Origin: Eledone cirrhosa
Taxonomy: Eukaryota
Direction: 5' to 3'
Length of the DNA stretch: 64,000 bases
NCBI GenBank assembly: GCA_964016885.1
Contig: OZ024744.1
Span: 116,622,001-116,686,000 of the forward strand
A model generated the notes under the pieces. That model had not been told where the DNA came from. It did no database searches and was given only the letters and a program-made list of their open reading frames with translations. Below, piece after piece: positions 61,985 to 64,000 of the stretch. Both the position numbers and the translations under genes were made by a program. Positions within the stretch are counted from its first letter, which is position 1, and every line of letters starts with the position of its first letter.

Positions 61985-64000
61985 GAGATAATGATCAATG
62001 TGAGATAATGACCAATGTGAGATAATGAAAATGTGAGATAATGACAATGTGAGATAATGACAATGTGAGATAATGACCAATGTGAGATAATGACCAATGT
62101 GAGATAATGACAATGTGAGATAATGACCAATGTGAGATAATGACCAATGGGAGATAATGACAATGTGAGATAATGACCAATGTGAGATAATGACCAATGG
62201 GAGATAATGACAATGTGAGATAATGACCAATGTGAGATAATGACCAATGGGAGATAATGACAATGTGAGATAATGACCAATGTGAGATAATGACAATGTG
62301 AGATAATGACCAATATGAGATAATGACCAATGGGAGATAATGACAATGTTAGATAATGACCAATGTGAGATAATGACAATGTGAGATAATGACAATGTGA
62401 GATAATGACAAAGTGAGATAATGACAATGTGAGATAATGACAATGTGAGATAATGACAATGTGAGATAATGACAATGTGAGATAATGACCAACGTGAGAT
62501 AATGACAATGTGAGATAATGACAATGTGAGATAATGACAATGTGAGATAATGACCAATGTGAGATAATGACCAATGTGAGATCATGAGCAATGTGAGATA
62601 ATGACAATGTGAGATAATGACAATGTGAGATAATGACCAATGTGAGATAATGACAATGTGAGATAATGACAATGTGAGATAATGACAATGTGAGATAATG
62701 ACAATGTGAGATAATGACAATGTGAGATAATGAAAATGTGAGATAATGACCAATGTGAGATAATGACCAATGTGAGATAATGACCAATGTGAGATAATGA
62801 CAATGTGAGATAATGACAATGTGAGATAATGAAAATGTGAGATAATGACCAATGTGAGATAATGACCAATGTGAGATAATGACAATTTGAGATAATGACA
62901 ATATGAGATAATGACCAATGTAAGATAATGACCAATGTGAGATAATGACAATGTGAGATAATGACAATGTGAGATAATGACCAATGTGAGATAATGACAA
63001 TGTGAGATAATGACCAATGTGAGATAATGACAATGTGAGATAATGACAATGTGAGATAATGACCAATGTGATATAATGACAATGTGAGATAATGACAATG
63101 TGAGATAATGACCAATGTAAGATAATGACCAATGTGAGATAATGACGATGTGAGATAATGACAATGTGAGATAATGACAATGTGAGATAATGACCAATGT
63201 AAGATAATGACAATGTGACATAATGACCAATGTTAGATAATGACCAATGTGAGATAATGACAATGTGAGATAATGACCAATGTAAGATAATGACCAACGT
63301 GAGATTATGACAATGTGAGATAATGACAATGTGAGATAATGACAATGTGAGATAATGACAATGTGATATAATGACAATGTGACATAATGACCAATGTGAG
63401 ATAATGACAATGTGAGATAATGACCAATGTGAGATAATGACCAATGTGAGATAATGACAATGTGAGATAATGACCAATGTGAGATAATGACAATGTGAGT
63501 TAATGACAATGTGACATAATGACAATGTGAGATCATGACAATGTGAGATAATGACAACGTGAGATAATGACCAATGTGAGATAACGACCAATGGGAGATA
63601 ATGACAACGTGAGATAATGACAATGTGAGATAATGACAATGTGAGATAATGATAATGTGACATACTGACAATGTGAGATCATGACAATGTGAGATAATGA
63701 CAATGTGAGATAATGACCAATGTGAGATAATGACAATGTGAGATAATGACAATGTGAGATAATGACCAATGTGAGATAATGACAATGTGAGATAATGACC
63801 AATGTGAGATAATGACCAATGTGAGATAATGACAATGTGAGATAATGACCAATGTGAGATCATGACAATGTGAGATAATGACAATGTGAGATAATGACCA
63901 ATGTGAGATAATGACAATGTGAGATAATGGCAATGTGAGATAATGACCAATGTGAGATAATGACAATATGAGATAATGACCAATGTGAGATAATGACAAT

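Larger units (their letters stand above)
1..64000. repeat. Tandem satellite array of interspersed 16-bp (AATGTGAGATAATGAC) and 17-bp (AATGTGAGATAATGACC) monomers, running off both window ends
   Basis: Read directly: the monomer recurs continuously in one orientation from base 1 to 64000, interrupted only by four ~89-bp inserts. The 16-mer is A7 T4 G4 C1 (31% GC). Most monomers match consensus and a minority carry recurring substitutions. Confidence 0.99.

Noticed and set aside
178-63999. Very long minus-strand ORFs (up to 2603 aa) of SLSHIVIISHCHYLT repeats
   Set aside because: They are open in all three overlapping frames only because the reverse-complement monomer lacks stop triplets. The 16/17-bp units do not preserve frame, starts are mostly TTG, and there is no non-repetitive domain.
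1-64000. CRISPR array
   Set aside because: Monomers abut directly with no unique spacers. The four inserts are copies of one another, and there are no cas genes or leader.
1-64000. Telomerase-synthesised long-unit telomeric repeat (G-skewed strand, variable C count)
   Set aside because: Variant patterns are copied in multi-kb blocks and carry an internal insertion, which indicates recombinational amplification rather than de novo templated addition. No chromosome end is visible. A subtelomeric location cannot be excluded.
1-64000. Definite centromere call
   Set aside because: Higher-order structure is compatible with a centromeric or pericentromeric array, but sequence alone cannot show CENP-A occupancy.

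Overview
The whole 64 kb window is one head-to-tail tandem satellite array with no inversions. It mixes a 16-bp monomer (AATGTGAGATAATGAC) with a 17-bp monomer carrying one extra C (AATGTGAGATAATGACC), roughly 3,900 monomers estimated from length. No genuine protein-coding or RNA gene is supported. All long minus-strand ORFs arise because the reverse complement of the monomer has no stop codon in any frame. The only non-satellite DNA is four near-identical copies of an ~89-bp insert (49149, 52819, 55649, 61896). From memory, this resembles a truncated, reverse-oriented piece of an octopus-type tRNA-derived SINE, which would suggest a cephalopod or other metazoan genome; this is unverified. Recurring variant monomers reveal nested multi-kb duplications (offsets 2666, 2620, 2107, ~5300, 4005, 1150, 2830 bp) and three sub-domains with different variant sets. 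I found no credible novel coding system. The interest lies in the array architecture and the captured element that was amplified with it.
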